Assembly (NCBI GenBank): GCA_965649765.1
Contig: OZ287748.1
Span: 10,044,001-10,108,000 of the forward strand
Length of the DNA stretch: 64,000 bases
Direction: 5' to 3'
Source: Bispira polyomma
Lineage: Eukaryota
The position numbers and the translations under genes were made by a program. The notes beneath the pieces were generated by a model that saw nothing but the letters and a program-made list of their open reading frames with translations, searched no databases and was not told the origin of the DNA. Shown here one piece after another: positions 48,400 through 62,084 of the stretch. Position 1 is the stretch's first letter. The number at the start of each line of letters is the position of its first letter.

Positions 48400-51300
48400 A
48401 TTAGATATACTGAATTGAAGGCGTGCATTGTAGAATGTCGGGTTTTAGCCTCTCACCTTGTGTCAATAAATACTAATCATTAGGCATTATTCAGTGCCAC
48501 CCAGGGTTTCGCCAAAAATTCCCAAGCTTGTAAACAAGTTCTGGGGGAACCCTCATTCTTGGAAAACTTTTGGAGTGGGCACATCAAAAGCTCCTTGGTT
48601 GATTTTAACAACCAACAAAACTTGAGAACAGTGGACGAATCGCAATCACTAGCAGAAATGAGGACCAAAGGTACCAAGAAATGAGTCAAATGCAAACCAA
48701 ATAAAGCTGACGTCCTCCCCAAGCTGGATCGGGTGATGAAGTAGTTCTCGGAATTAGAAGATTGGTTAGACAGCCAGGAACAGGGACGCAATTCAGCCAT
48801 GTCTATTGAAGCCATGTCTATGTGCCCTCTGTACATAGCTGGCCTAAATCCAGGCCGTTAGGGTGACAGGATCCGACTGCGAGAGCCACAGCCAGGCTGC
48901 CGCCGATGGATTTTCTCAGGACAGACTCACCGATCCAAGATGATGTGGATAGGAGACTGCGATAATATCAAGACATATCCAGAGATGTGATAACAGGTCT
49001 GCTTCCTAATAAACCTAATAGACGTTATAGGCTGGGTAAGCAGCATGTAAAAATGTCTGTCACCTGGCCTAATGAGCATTGCATGCTCTCGGATGCTATG
49101 AAAATGCCTACATACGAGGAACTTTCAATCTGTCAGTGGGTTTCCCTGTTGTGTGCTTCAAGAACCTGATGAAACGGTAAGACAAAATGTGCTAAGATAC
49201 CAATACAACCTAATGCAGGACGCTGTGGACTTGTCATGGGTGACGGCTAAACGTGCTGACGCCGCTATACTGTTAGAGATGGAAAGGGTTATGGTTTCCT
49301 GGGAGGACCAAGGCTAGATTGACCAAATTAGACAGAGGTTTAGCCAGCGAGCCCTTAAGGCGGGCGCCTGTAAGTTGGACCATGATCACTAAGAAGGGGG
49401 GCGCTTGCAGAAGCACTTCTGCGTTAGTGTTACCAAGTAATTCACCAGAACGATTACCATGCAGAAATTAAGTGCTACCGAAAGCAGAAAGAGTCGGGTA
49501 AGGGTCTAACGAATGATAGTGTAAGTCAATTTTTCTATTTACGCACTGGGTAGCTGCAGTATTTTTTGGAATAGTAAACATCGAGGTCAATGTTTTTGTA
49601 ATTAGTGTGATAGGACCTTAAACAGATAAATACAATGTAATGTGAGTAATAATGCGAACTTTAGTAGACAATGTCTTCACCCTAGAAGATGTGGGGAATA
49701 TGGACTTTGATATAAATATCACTATTATGTGTAGCATTTATAATAGTTTAAGTAGTTTCAACAGAGACAATGTCTCCACCCTTAGAGGTGTGGGGAATAT
49801 TAACAGTGACGTACGTAGATGTCACTGTTGTGTGTAGTAGTCGTTTAAGTGGTTTCAATAATATCACTAGTATGTGTAGCAGTAGAATGAACAATAGTTC
49901 ACCACACAGTTTGGGTGTGGGAAGATTTACCAACGAGATCGCCTGCCAGAGCCAAGCCTCTGTGGGCATAGATGCTAGTGAAGTTAATACAGAGAATTTC
50001 ATAAGCAATGAAAGTCAGTATTATGTATGCAATCAGTTGGATAAAAGCCAGGTATTTTAGTGATAAATCATGCCAACTCTCTTTTAATGTTAGCAGAGCT
50101 ATCCTGCAAGGCCAGTTCTGAACTAGTGTCAACCAATTAAGCGAAACAATGAGTGTGGGGCAGCCCCCAGTCAATTAAAACATTCCACTTAAAACATTGT
50201 CACTGGAATATGACCAGTTCCAATATAACCAAACTGTAGTAAATCACGCTTTGGCTAGCAACCACCCTCAGCATGTAAATAAATACCTTAACACTGAAAT
50301 TGAATTCAAGGCAATGATTGGACCTCTGACAGTAAGTCTGTTTCCCAAATTGCATGTATCTCCTCTGATGTCCCACCTGAAACCGGATGGGAGTAGAAAG
50401 ATCATAGTGGATCTATCATGGCTGAAAGGCAATAGTGTCAATACTTGTATACTAAAGAATGTGTTTGATGTAGTATAGTTTCAGTTGTCGGTAGGATAGC
50501 CTTGATAGGCCCTAAGGCGTTGTTATACAAAATTGATCTAAAACAGGCCAATAGAAATTTGAGAAGTGACCCCTTTGATTATTTCGCACTAAGTTTAGGT
50601 TGGGAAGGTAATTATTATGTGGACATCAGCGTTACATTTGGCCTGTCCTCAGGTGCACGTGCCTGCTGAATGACCACGGATTATGTAACGTTTGGTATGC
50701 GCGACTGGGGCCATTAGACCTGCGCGTATTTAGACAATTAAATGGGGCTATTAGACCTGCGCGTATTTAGACAATTAAATGGGGCCATTAGACCTGGCAT
50801 ATTTAGACTACCTATCGCTTCCTTTACAAGGTCGATGAACCTGCCCAAACTATAACATGCCTTGGTATCAACATAAACACTCACACTGGGATTGTAACAA
50901 TACATGGGCGACCCGTTGAGTTACAGCAATTATTAGGCAAATTAATCTCTATACATCGCTGTGTCAAGCCAGCCAGGCTTTTTGTGAATAGAATATTAAG
51001 CATTTTGAGGGGGACTCCCCCCATACTGTGGTCCCGTTGAACAGTGCCTTTCATAAAGCAGTCAACTTGTTTTGTACTTTTCTAGAATAATACAACAGGG
51101 TAACAGTCATTTATAAAATCGACTCTCATAGAGAACAAGTGTTTGTAGACATGTCACTACAAAGTTTAGAGGCCTATTGGAATGGCCAAGTATATAGTGT
51201 GAATTTTCCCAACGAGTATAAGAGTCAGTCGGTATTGTGCAATTTAAGATGTGTAACACATTAGTACACTTTATGGAGAGAAATGGAGAAACAGAAGTAT

Positions 51301-51600
51301 ATATATACATTGTGATAATATGGCTGTGCTGAATAAGTCAAAAGATAAAGACGTTTTTCTCAATGTCTCTGCTAGGACATTATCTTTACTGCAAGCCACA
51401 TACAATATCGACATCTCAGTATAACATATCTGCAGTACTGATAATAGATATGCAACATTCTGTCGCTTTGGGCACAATTCCACAGGATATTTAAAGCCGA
51501 AGTCCAACACCTAAAAAATTGTATATGGTATAATGTTAAAATACAATGGTTAGTACCTAACTATGGCATTTAATTATTGTAGGTAACAGCCTGATCAGAC
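48400..51600 (+). mobile_element. highly decayed DIRS/Ngaro-like YR retrotransposon 3 (gag and pol remnants, YR lost), in intron 1 of copy B
   Basis: VTWPNEH, PTYEELSICQW, LHVSPLMS..KPDGSRKIIVDLSW, KIDLKQA, CAYLD, CVKPARLFVNR. Confidence 0.8.
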
Positions 51601-52182
51601 GGTAGGGTTTTTCATTTATACATACGCACATAAATATTAAAACACTACTATATGTTTTGGCATTATGTTTTAAATCCTCACTTAACCTGCACATCTTAGG
51701 TGTTGTCCATAAGGTCCCTTATTTATTACACTTTGTGGGTGAGCAGAGTATGTCATTGTGTAAATACAGATACATGTATGTGTGGAGGTTGTTATAAAGG
51801 GTTGCGATGACATTTATGTTCTTGTCAAACTGAACAGTTTCTATCTGGGAAGTTTAGACTCTCCAGACTCTACTCCAGAGTAAACTTAATGGCGTTATGA
51901 ATATTGCTCATATTGTTGCAAATATATTGAATTGGTCTTCTCCATGCGTCCATATCATGATGATATTATCTATATTAACCTTAACCAGCTAATGGGCTTA
52001 AGGAGTTGGGTGGTGACAGCTTTGGTTTCAAACTAATCCATGAATAAGTATGCACAGTTCTAGGCCAGTGGTGTCCCATAGCTGTGTCTCCTATTAGTAG
52101 ATATTGTTCTCCTGTAAAGTTAAAGTCAAAAGCATTTATATCTATTCCTGACTGATATAAGAATATCTGTTATACTGTTATA

Positions 52183-55100
52183 TATCCCTAAACCTCGTAT
52201 TGGATCATCTGGCCAATTAATTCCAAAGGGCTTTTTTTTTACTAAATCTACATCTTCCTAATCATAAGCTCTGGGTTTTTTCTTCATTCAGTTTAAAACC
52301 AGAAATGTATTTAAAATCTTTTATAATTTTAAATATCTGATTAAATATCTGATTTTGACTGATTTTAAATTTAATACTGAGCAAGTCATATCATCAGCAT
52401 ATTGACAAAGTTTTTACTCTTTTGTACCCAATACAAAACTATATATTTTTTTTTACAATTTCTTTTTTTGTTTGCTAAAAACTCAATACATATAATGAAT
52501 AAATATGGTGACAGAGGGTCACCTTGTCTGATTCCTCTCTCAATATAAAATATGGAGTTGTTTTTCCATTATTATTTATACAACTGGAAATATTATTATA
52601 AAAGATTTTAATCCATTGTCTAAACTGGGGTCCAAAATTCATACTTTCTAGCGCTTAATGCAAAAATTTCCATTCAATGCTGTCAAATGCCTTTTCAAAA
52701 TCAATAAATAGCAAAATTCCTTCTAAATTGCTTTCTTTTGTGTAGTCCATCAAATCTTGAATAATTGTGATACTATCAAATATATTTCTTCCTCTAACAA
52801 ATGCTGTTCGATCTTCATTTATAACATATGGTAAAACATCTTTCAGTCATAAAGAGAGTGCCTTTGATCCAATTTTTAGATCTACATTCAATAACGAGAT
52901 TGAAGGCCAATTTTGAATTTTTTGTCCAAGTTTATCTTTTTTTCAATCAAGGTAATAATAACCAAATTCAAAAGAATAGTTTAAAGAATCAGTAACATAA
53001 ACGTAAACATTTTTTTATAAAATTCAACAGGTATGCTATCATTACCTGATGTTTTGTTATGCTAAAATGAATTAAACGATTGTTTACATTCACATAAAGT
53101 TAATTTTCCTTCACAGCTTTGTTGTAGATGGTTTGTTAATTTTTGTGTTTTACTTCCATCACAAAAATAGTTTCCTTCAAGGAGCTTATCATTCAAATTT
53201 GTAGTACTGTATAGTTTTTTGTAATAACTTTATTCTAAAAAAAGAATTTCTTCTGGATCTGTGGCCAAAGTACCATTGGGTCTCTCTAATTTTCGAATAT
53301 GTTTTTTGACATAATTATTTTTCTCTAGACCAAAAAAGAATTTTGAAGAACATTCACCTTCTTCTATCCACTGAATTTTACTCCTCATGATAGCGCCTTT
53401 TGTTTTGTAGTTTTCTATTTCTTTCAATTCCTTTTTAACATTTTCATAATCTACAACAAAGCATGGCAATGGATTTTGCTCCAATTTAAGTTCAATGTCA
53501 TTTAATTTTCTTATCAATTCTGTTTCAGTGTTTCTAATTTTTTCGGGGTTTTTTTTAATTGTAATTTAAAGTAAACTTTCTGATTTCATATTTTATAATG
53601 TCTCACTAAATTTTATTATCTTCAATGTTTTTGTACTTCTTACCCCACACATTTATAGCATTTGAAATCTGATTCATAAAGTCCCCATCATCCAAAAGAG
53701 AACAATTAAACTTTCAAAATCCATTACCACGTTGTTCTTCTGCCTTATCTTGAAGTTTTTATACTATAACCGAATGATCAGAAAAACACCGGGTATGATA
53801 TCAACCATTGTAACTATATCTTGAATATTGGTTGAAGTTAACCAGAAGTCTAACCTACATTGAATTATAGGCCTTTTTTGTCGCCATGTAAACCTTTTAC
53901 TAACAGGGTTCAATATTCTTCAAATATCTTGCATGTCATATTGTACTTTAATTTCGTTTAAAACTTTAAGAGACTTTGTTTTAACATCATTATTACCACC
54001 CTGTTTGTCTAAACATACATTTTGTATCACATCCCAATCTCCTCCTATTATAATATTTTGATCTACATTTATATTTTGTATCTGGAGGGCAACACTAAAG
54101 TCTTGCAAAAATGTAACTTGATCCTTTTCCTTATCTGGGGCATATATGTTGATAACCGTCTAATTTATATCGTTTAAAGTCAAAACACATAATTATCATC
54201 TTTGTAGCAACTTTTAACTTCAACATAAATACCTATGATTTGTACCATGAGCATAAATGATATTATTGCCCTATTCATTTGTCCACCTAGACTCTACTTC
54301 TTCTTTACTGTACGTTTCTTGAAGTAAAATTACATCCGAATGTGTATCTCTCAGAAATCTGAATTTTTAATTTTAATTTCATCATTAATACCTCGTACAT
54401 TCCATGACATGAAATAAATTGGATTTTTACTATTTTCAGTAGCAAACATCATAGTAGGCAACTACAATACACACAAACACGCAAAGCTAAACTTATAAAA
54501 CAATAGTTTGGTACTGTATACAAATACACAGTACAAAACACCAGTATTTTTCAACCCAATAGTGAGAAACAAAAAACAAATAACATAAAAAACCTGTTTC
54601 AAGAAGCTGCTGAGAACTTTCTCCATATATCAATCGTTAATTGTATATTTAAATTATTAAAATCTTTTTATATGTTAAACTCAAATTCAGTTATCCTAAG
54701 AAGATTTCAAGATAGTTCTAGTCAGCTGTTACAAACAATAAACAGCTGAAACATTTAAACAGCTAAAGTCTCTTGTTTTTAAAATTTAAATTTGATGAAA
54801 TCACATTAAAATACATGTTAAAGTGCATACAAATACCATAAGAAAGACATCATCAGTCTGCTTAGTTATCTTCATATTAATGAAAGACAATATTACAGTC
54901 TTTGTTTAAACTTTATGTTTCTGAGTGTCTGTCTTTATCTAATACATCAAATTATTACAATTAATTGCATAAAGATTACCATATGGCATTTGAACTTACT
55001 ATGTAATCATTTATGTCTGTAGATTCATTTAAATAAAGCTACCAGTTTGCAGAGCTTCCTTTGCAGAATCTGTGTAGTATCAAAATCTTTCATATCCCAG

Positions 55101-56386
55101 TTCAGTTCTACCAAATTGACTAGATACTGCTACCAATACAGTCTCTACACCAGAGTCTTCAATCAGTTTAAACGGTCGTTTACCTGCACCATACTCCCTG
55201 TCGTCTTCGTAGTTAATTTCCAGTTCATCATTATCCTTTTTAATCCTGTATGCGTAAACCAAGTGTGTTGTCATTGCTGCCTTTGGATCTCTTCTTATAG
55301 CATGTAATGCAGAGGTTATGTGCTGTGAATCTGTAAACTGCATGACATGTCCTTGGAATTCAGTGTCTAACACTTTATTTGCTGGAGTTCTACAAATGTT
55401 CATATATAAAGCCATCTCATCCATGTCGAAGTTGAGGTTTGCCAAGCAACTGTCATCAGGAGCATATGTCACCTCTTTTCCAACCAATACTTTATCCTTC
55501 AGCTACCTGGGTTTCTTCCTGTCCCGTTTAGCATCTTTGCACACTGGATATATTTGTTTTCTCCTCTTCTTTATTTCTCTGGGTACTGTTCATTTACACC
55601 AAATTTTTGCTGCTGTCTGATTTTGAAGTATATTTTAAAACTGTTTGTTTGCCTCTGTACAGATTAAATTTGACAACGATGGGATGGTTATACTTTCTGT
55701 TCTTGTGGCCCATTCTATGCACTCTATCAAATGTTATGTTTTTGAGTATTTCCCTTTGTATTTTCATTTCGTCTGCCAGAAAAGTTCATTCATAGTTTCT
55801 TTACTAGTTTCATCATATTTTTCCTTTATATTTGTAAAAATAAGATTGTCTCTCAATGAGTGACATCTCAATTCCAAATTATCTTTCTTTAAACTCTTCA
55901 GTTCATGTTACAATATTAAGAGACTCCCTTTGTATAAAAAAAGAATATCTTCTTGGTGGTTTGATTTGGTGGTTTAATTTGGATGGTACATTGTGCATTT
56001 CATTTTACTGCTACTGCTACAACATCAAAAAGTATATTTCTGGATCTGTCACAATTTAATAGATTTATATTGGCCCATGCCTCTATTTTCTCTACCACAG
56101 TTTCATGCAAATCAATTCAGTACGTTTGGAAAGACAATCAACACACATGGGCAAATGTGTAATTTCCTACGCGGAGGTAATTACCACCACCCCCTTCTGA
56201 TATCATTGTATTGAATAAGACAGATATTTGCATATTATTCTTACGGAATATCATACATAGAATGTTTAATGTACACCATTAAATATCTTTGTTAGATTGA
56301 AAAATGCCATTATGGAAAGTGTATTGGACACTAGAGGAGCAGTCAGTAAAGCACATCACCCCACCATGGTGCCACATTGCCGAAAA
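52183..56386 (-). mobile_element. Tx1/L1-clade LINE retaining 5' UTR, ORF1 and most of ORF2; 3' end deleted; inserted in exon 1 of NT5E copy B
   Basis: ORF2 from ~54452: SWNVRGI, LQET, IYAP, GGDW, RLDFW, SDH, RGIRQGDPLSP, QYADD. ORF1 at ~55900-55029. Confidence 0.9.
55029..55900 (-). pseudogene. LINE ORF1p (L1-type coiled coil/RRM/CTD) fused to an IMPACT/YigZ (UPF0029) domain
   Basis: LRCHSLRDNLIF..FDRVHRMG..PIVVKF..VNEQYP..RRKQIYP..KDKVLV runs into FQGH..TTHLVYAYR..DDREYGAG..VLVAVSSQFGRTELGYERF*YYTDSAKEAL. Confidence 0.8.
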
Positions 56387-56681
56387 GTAGCAGCTCCTTA
56401 TTAGTAAGTATACCACAAGGTTTCTTGAAAGAAATCCCCAGCATTGAGGTAAATCACATTGTTTCTGATTTTTCTGGTAATGCTCATATGTCTGGCCATA
56501 CCACCAAAACACTCTCCTTCACTAAACTCTTCTTCACTACATGTTGACAAATACTTGTTAAATTCCTCAAATTTAGCATGCACGTCATTGGTGTGCATTA
56601 ATGTTAAATTAAAACAATCGGCTCTATGACTGCAGCCAAAGAACAACAGAAGAAAACAATAATGCTATCCATGTTCACCAT
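56387..56681 (-). pseudogene. NT5E: NT5E copy B exon 1, disabled
   Basis: Nearly identical to copy A exon 1 but with a 1-bp deletion in the signal peptide, a 9-bp deletion, GDFFQG>GDFFQE, TAA TAA at 56403-56398, and its 3' end replaced by a LINE. Confidence 0.92.
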
Positions 56682-56839
56682 AATCTTATAATATATTCAG
56701 AATTAACACACATACACAAGATCCAGACACCTGTAGAGACACATTGTAGAGTTATGTCATGAGAAATGGTTTGCCATATAAATTCAGAATAATCAGGGTT
56801 TTTCTATATCTTGGCCCTCAGTAGAGAGGATTTGGCACA

Positions 56840-57445
56840 TGTATGCAGTAGCCCTGGGGAAAAAAATTCAATATGGTGTCATCACATTTTCTCCAATCAG
56901 AGAAGTCACATGACCAAAAACAGGTTTTCTAAATGGCTGTGTTTGTCCGGATGAGAACTTAAAAAGCGCTTTACCTATTCTCATGAAGTAGCTTTCTTAT
57001 ATAGATGTCTGGACAACATTAACTTTTTTGGTATTGAACTGATACAAAATGGCTGACTTATTAACGATTAATTAAACGTCAAGATTTTTCAAAACGATGC
57101 AAATAAAAAATCTCTAATATCTTGGATAGGTGCGAGATAGAGCGATTTCGGCTAAATTTTAAGCCCACAGGGTATATATTACATTAATTTTACATTTACA
57201 TATATATGCACTCAAATTAAAATGTTTTTTTTTTTTCAATAATTTTTTTTTTTTTTTAAATTTAAAAAAAATCGCAATCTCGCGATTTTTGGCGTTCAAT
57301 TTGAATTTCTGCGTTAAACGCAAAAACGTGTTTATCCCGGAAACGGTACCACATAGAGCGATTTCGGCAGAATTTTAGGCCAAGAGGGTATACGCAGAGT
57401 GCAAAAACAATTTCCTTTCATTTGCAAAGCAGTACTCTAGTTATA
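56840..57445. mobile_element. non-autonomous Helentron (HINE)-like element upstream of copy B
   Basis: GTTTGTCCG microsatellite-like tract, internal repeats ATAGAGCGATTTCGGC (~57138, ~57352), end TTCATTTGCAAAGCAGTACTCTAGTT; homology to the copy A promoter stops at its start. Confidence 0.5.
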
Positions 57446-58139
57446 TTTATAAGCTTGTAACTTATAAGCCATTTTGGCTAAGTGCTATTATATTTACCTT
57501 TTGTGATTTAGATTTTTAAAGGATTCAAGTAAGTGTGAATAAAATTATAAATCTATGTATACCATTTGTGATTTGTAAAATGTTTGTGCATAGAATATTG
57601 TCAGTTTAATAAAAAAAAATAATCTGTAATTGAATTAAGCATTGGCTCTGATTACCAAGGGATTAATTTAAGTGTGATAGATTAGTGTGTTATTACTGGT
57701 ACATTTTATTGTCTATAGGGATGGCCATATATATAGTTTTGTAACTTTTGTATAATTGGATTAAACATGGACTTTAATTAGTAAGAGATTCATTTAACTG
57801 TGACTGTTTGTTTGAGGTTGCTTTAGTGGCTTCTTGGGAGGTAAGCAAAATATACACTTAACACACAATCACAAAAAGAAACAAGCAAAAATACAAAAAT
57901 TGCAAATGAATACACAGACAAGCTGATAGACTATGCTTTATCAGTCATAACGACACTGCTACAATATGACATGGACATACGAGACCATAGTAATAATGAC
58001 AATAAGGCAGACAAATATGATGAAAGTAATGATGAAAGAAAATATGGTTTCATAGAAAGGGAAAATGAATTATTCATTTATAGGAGCAAATCGACAGACA
58101 GTTGATATTACTGATTTTGAAACATTAATATCTATATAA

Positions 58140-58630
58140 GTCGTAATAAAACCGACTGGGACTTCAAATTATAAGGTGGCAAGAATATCAATAAAATCAG
58201 GACTAAAAATAGAGAATCGAAAAAAAATACTATGAATTGAAAAAAGATACTATGAAGATGAAAGATTATTCCAATATTTAGAACATGAATTTTCCATTTC
58301 TTTATATGAGAGACAAAGACTGGACAACAAAGATACTGACAATTATTTTTCAGCAAACCCGGTATCCACAATATATATACAAGTGCTTCACTAAAGAGAA
58401 AGACAAGGGAAAATATATATGACCAATTTTAGAAAATATTCTTGAAGACTTCAATTGTTTCCCTTTACTAACAAGACCTAAAGGCAATGACCAGATCACA
58501 CTAATTCTAAACTTACCACATTACCACAAGGCTTCTCTGTAAATGACTGTACATTGAAAGACACGTATGATGACCTTAAATGCGAACTCAAATTACCTAC
58601 AATTGACCAAATTGTTCAAAATTCAACGTA
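58140..58630 (+). mobile_element. fourth DIRS/Ngaro pol fragment (decayed)
   Basis: Hand translation FPLLTRPKGND..LILNL..PQGFSVNDC..DTYDD..ELKLPTIDQIV aligns to SPFMTRPK..VIIDLSWPKGESINAG..LSFPTIDNL of element 2. Confidence 0.7.
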
Positions 58631-60034
58631 GTGAACACCAACTTACTACCAGTACTTAGGTTAATTTTATGCATTATTTGAACCAAATATGGATTTTCTG
58701 TGACATGTATTTCCTCACTAGGATTAAATGGTCAAGGTAATTTCTCTAAAGATCAAAATGAGGCCATGACATTACACATTTACACATTATATATAGTTGT
58801 GTGGCAAGTAGTTATGCAACAAGTTCCATACCAATATAAAAGTAGAAAAAACAGGGTCATAAGAATGTAAGGGTCATAACTCCAAGGTCAAAGATAAGTT
58901 CAATGCAAAGTCAAATCAAAATGTTACACAAGTTTACCTAAAAATGGATATTTTACGAAATATGACTTTTCTGTCACAAGGACTGTCTGATATCTACTCC
59001 AGACACGAGAAAAGCCCATTCATCAACCACACTCTCCCCTCCCCTGTTGTATTAAATGGAACATTTTTGTTACCTTGGACTACAGACTTGTCTAGCAAGA
59101 TTGGATTTGCACCTTATTATGTCAATACTCAATCATCATTAAAAGTCAGCAGTGAATGTCCCATATATTTGTCATATCTCTTTGCAGTCATGCTCAATGG
59201 CTTTTCTAAAACCCTTTCAAATTTTTAACCCCCCATGAATCGACTAACCCAGACAAAAAGGAAGCCAGTGTAAACATCGACTTGAGCATTAATAGGAAGC
59301 GCTATAGAATCACCACAAACAACTTCAATATGCTGGTAAAGAAAGAGCACCATGACTCCATTATCAATAAGAACTCACTATTGCGAGCTAACCATGACCT
59401 ATGTAGAGTTTATCAAGAGCCATCCAAACATAGCTTCTGCCCGGCTTATTAAGAAACAGAGCTATTAAGAGACAAAACTATTGCTAACTCGAGATAATTT
59501 ACTGACTTAACGCTTACCCCTCATTCAGTGGCTGTAGTGTAAGAGTGAGAGCTTTAGTAATATTCAAAGATAATCCATTAAAAAACAAAACAAAAACAAT
59601 TACATAAGTATTCACAACAGACTATTTTGCTAGAACTTAATTAACCTTAAGTTTCAGTCAATCTCATGCTGCAATATGATTCACAACAGCCATGAGCATT
59701 TATTTTACCGCTAATGTCTACATTACAGCCAAACATGTATGAGACGTTAGCTGCATTAAAAATTCATTGGTGTAACATATATTCTCTTTAAAACCTTGTT
59801 GCAAATATATTTTCACTATTCCTTAACTGACCGTTAGAAAACTGCAGAAATCACATAATGATTTATTGTTAATGGGTCTATACAGACAAATTTCACAGTT
59901 TATATAGTTTTATATTTTCCTCAGCTTTAGTTGATTTAATTTGTGTCTGAGTCACTTAACAGTTTGATTAGTGGAAAGCTATATTAATGACACTGTAAAG
60001 TCTTACAAATATCCCATTAGTGAGATTTTTCTCC

Positions 60035-60222
60035 TCATTGGAATATGACCAGGATGCTGGCTAATATGAATACAATGTAGCCAGTCCCCACCAGCATTCT
60101 AGATCCATGTGATGGATAAGGGGGCACCACATTGCTCGTAAAGCTGATCCTGTCTTCTAATCCCTTGACCACAGGCGAATGTTGGAGTATGTAATCAATG
60201 ACTACATCTGCTGATATTTTAC
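60035..60222 (-). CDS. NT5E: ecto-5'-nucleotidase copy C terminal exon with GPI-anchor signal
   Basis: GKISADVVIDYILQHSPVVKGLEDRISF...SHGSRMLVGTGYIVFILASILVIFQ*; CAG acceptor 60225-60223. Confidence 0.85.
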
Positions 60223-61326
60223 CTGGAGAATAACAATAAAACAATAACACTAACACTGCTATCAATAGAGTGCATACCTACGACTAATATAGCGACTACA
60301 GGTGAGTGCTGAAGGATCAAATATGCAATGACTACCTCTGCTAATATTATACATGGGACACAACACTCGGAGGACAATTCAAGGTTCCACTGTGCCAACA
60401 ACTGAAAATTTAATTTGGATTTGCCCTTTTATTTGGACCCACTCCAAACATTATGGAATAATACATTAGCATGCATAGCTTATCAGACACGTCTAAAGAA
60501 TTTGGACATATTCTCATATTTTGAAGACTTTAAATAGCAACAAATTTTGACAATGCATTTTGACAATGCATTTTGACAAGACATTTGGCAGTATTATATC
60601 ACAGCTTTCCCTTGGTAGTAAGGGCCTTAGTGGTGTAGTGATAACACGCTGACCTACAATCTCTGCAGTCCTGTGGTTTGATCGCAGCTGTAGCATGCAG
60701 TATACTTACTAGGCAAACTACCTGTTCTCATATGCCACAAGCATGTAAACAGTGACTATAAATCCCAATTAGGTAACATGCTCAAGGTTCTTATCCTTAA
60801 TGACCACTGTAAAATTACAAGTAATAGAACTGGGGACCTCCTGACCACCAGACTAACACAGATTTGACCATCCTTGACCATGTAATTGTAAAAGTATTGT
60901 TCACATGCTCACAGGTATGGACACAAAAAAGTATATACCAGTATATACCAAAATTGGTGGTAGGATGCTTCATCCTTTATTTCTATGTTTTAGTTTTTAA
61001 AGCATAACTATGTTATTTTCAGACAGATTTAACAATGTTTTCACCATTGTTTACAGAATTATGTAGTGTAATTTTTTATATCAAATACTGTTATATACAA
61101 AAACACCCAGAAAGTTTCATATGCTTTCTGAAAAGGCATTCCATTAAAAAGTGTTTGGCATAATGTTTGCTATATCTATGTGATCCATACTTTATGTATG
61201 TAAACACTCCAAAGAAACATATGAGGAGCCATTATTTGGTTGTATATTGATCAGTACTGGTATGCCATGCTCATGTTGCTATGTATGCAGACGTAGCTTA
61301 AAGTTATCACACCCAAAGCCAGCCTT

Positions 61327-62070
61327 ATTATTATTATGAATTTTAACAGACTTTATTGATGCTAGGCATCTTCTAAAGCACAACAGCAGAATCATTGATC
61401 CGATCTTAAAGTGCATGGGCATAGCAAGGTCATAACGTAAGATGTGGGGGCGTGCACGAGGGAAGCTAAGGTGGGTAGGCAAGGTTTAAAAGATAGGTTT
61501 TAAGCTTTTTCTTAAAACCGATGAGTGTATCAACTGATCTGAGGTCAACTGGGAGACTGTTGCATAACAAGGGAGCTCCAATGGATAAAGCTCTGAATCC
61601 CACCTTTCTGATCGGTCTGACCGAAGAAATAGAGAGTCTGTTGCTTCTCTTAGGGTTAGTGAAAAAAAAGAAGGGAAGCAAGGTAGGAGGGCTGTTGAGT
61701 GACTACAGTCTTAAAAGTGATAACGTGAATTTTAAGAAAATTCAACAGTGAATGGGCAGTCGGTTTAATTTTTTGATGTAAGGAGTAATGTCTGCTCGAA
61801 CAACCAGGCCAAAATCACCCTGCATGGGTAGTTTTGAATGGACTGAAGCTTTTTAATCTGTGACTTGTTTACTCCGATCAAAAGAGAGTTGCAGTAGTCG
61901 AGGCGGCTACTCACAAGGGCGTTAGCCACAGTTATCGCAGTGTCCATTAACAGGTGGTTTCGGATTCTTTTGATGTCACGTATGTGGTAATAGCAGGAGT
62001 GATTGAAAAGGTTGATTCGAAAGTGACAGCCAGGTTTTTGGCATTTTCGGAAGGTATGGGGCGCAAAGAT
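61327..62070 (-). mobile_element. L2-type LINE 3' fragment inserted just inside the last intron of copy C
   Basis: ANALVSSRLDYCNSLL, KLQSIQN, GFRALSIGAPLLCNSLP, FKKKLKTYL; (TAA)n tail; absent in copy B. Confidence 0.85.
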
Positions 62071-62084
62071 TTACCAGAACTTAC

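Noticed and set aside
49500-49550. Frameshift signal in YR element 3
   Set aside because: A weak hairpin follows the likely gag stop but no intact slippery heptamer remains; too decayed to call.
55080-55487. Host IMPACT gene
   Set aside because: No RWD domain or introns; continuous with a LINE ORF1 and embedded in the element.
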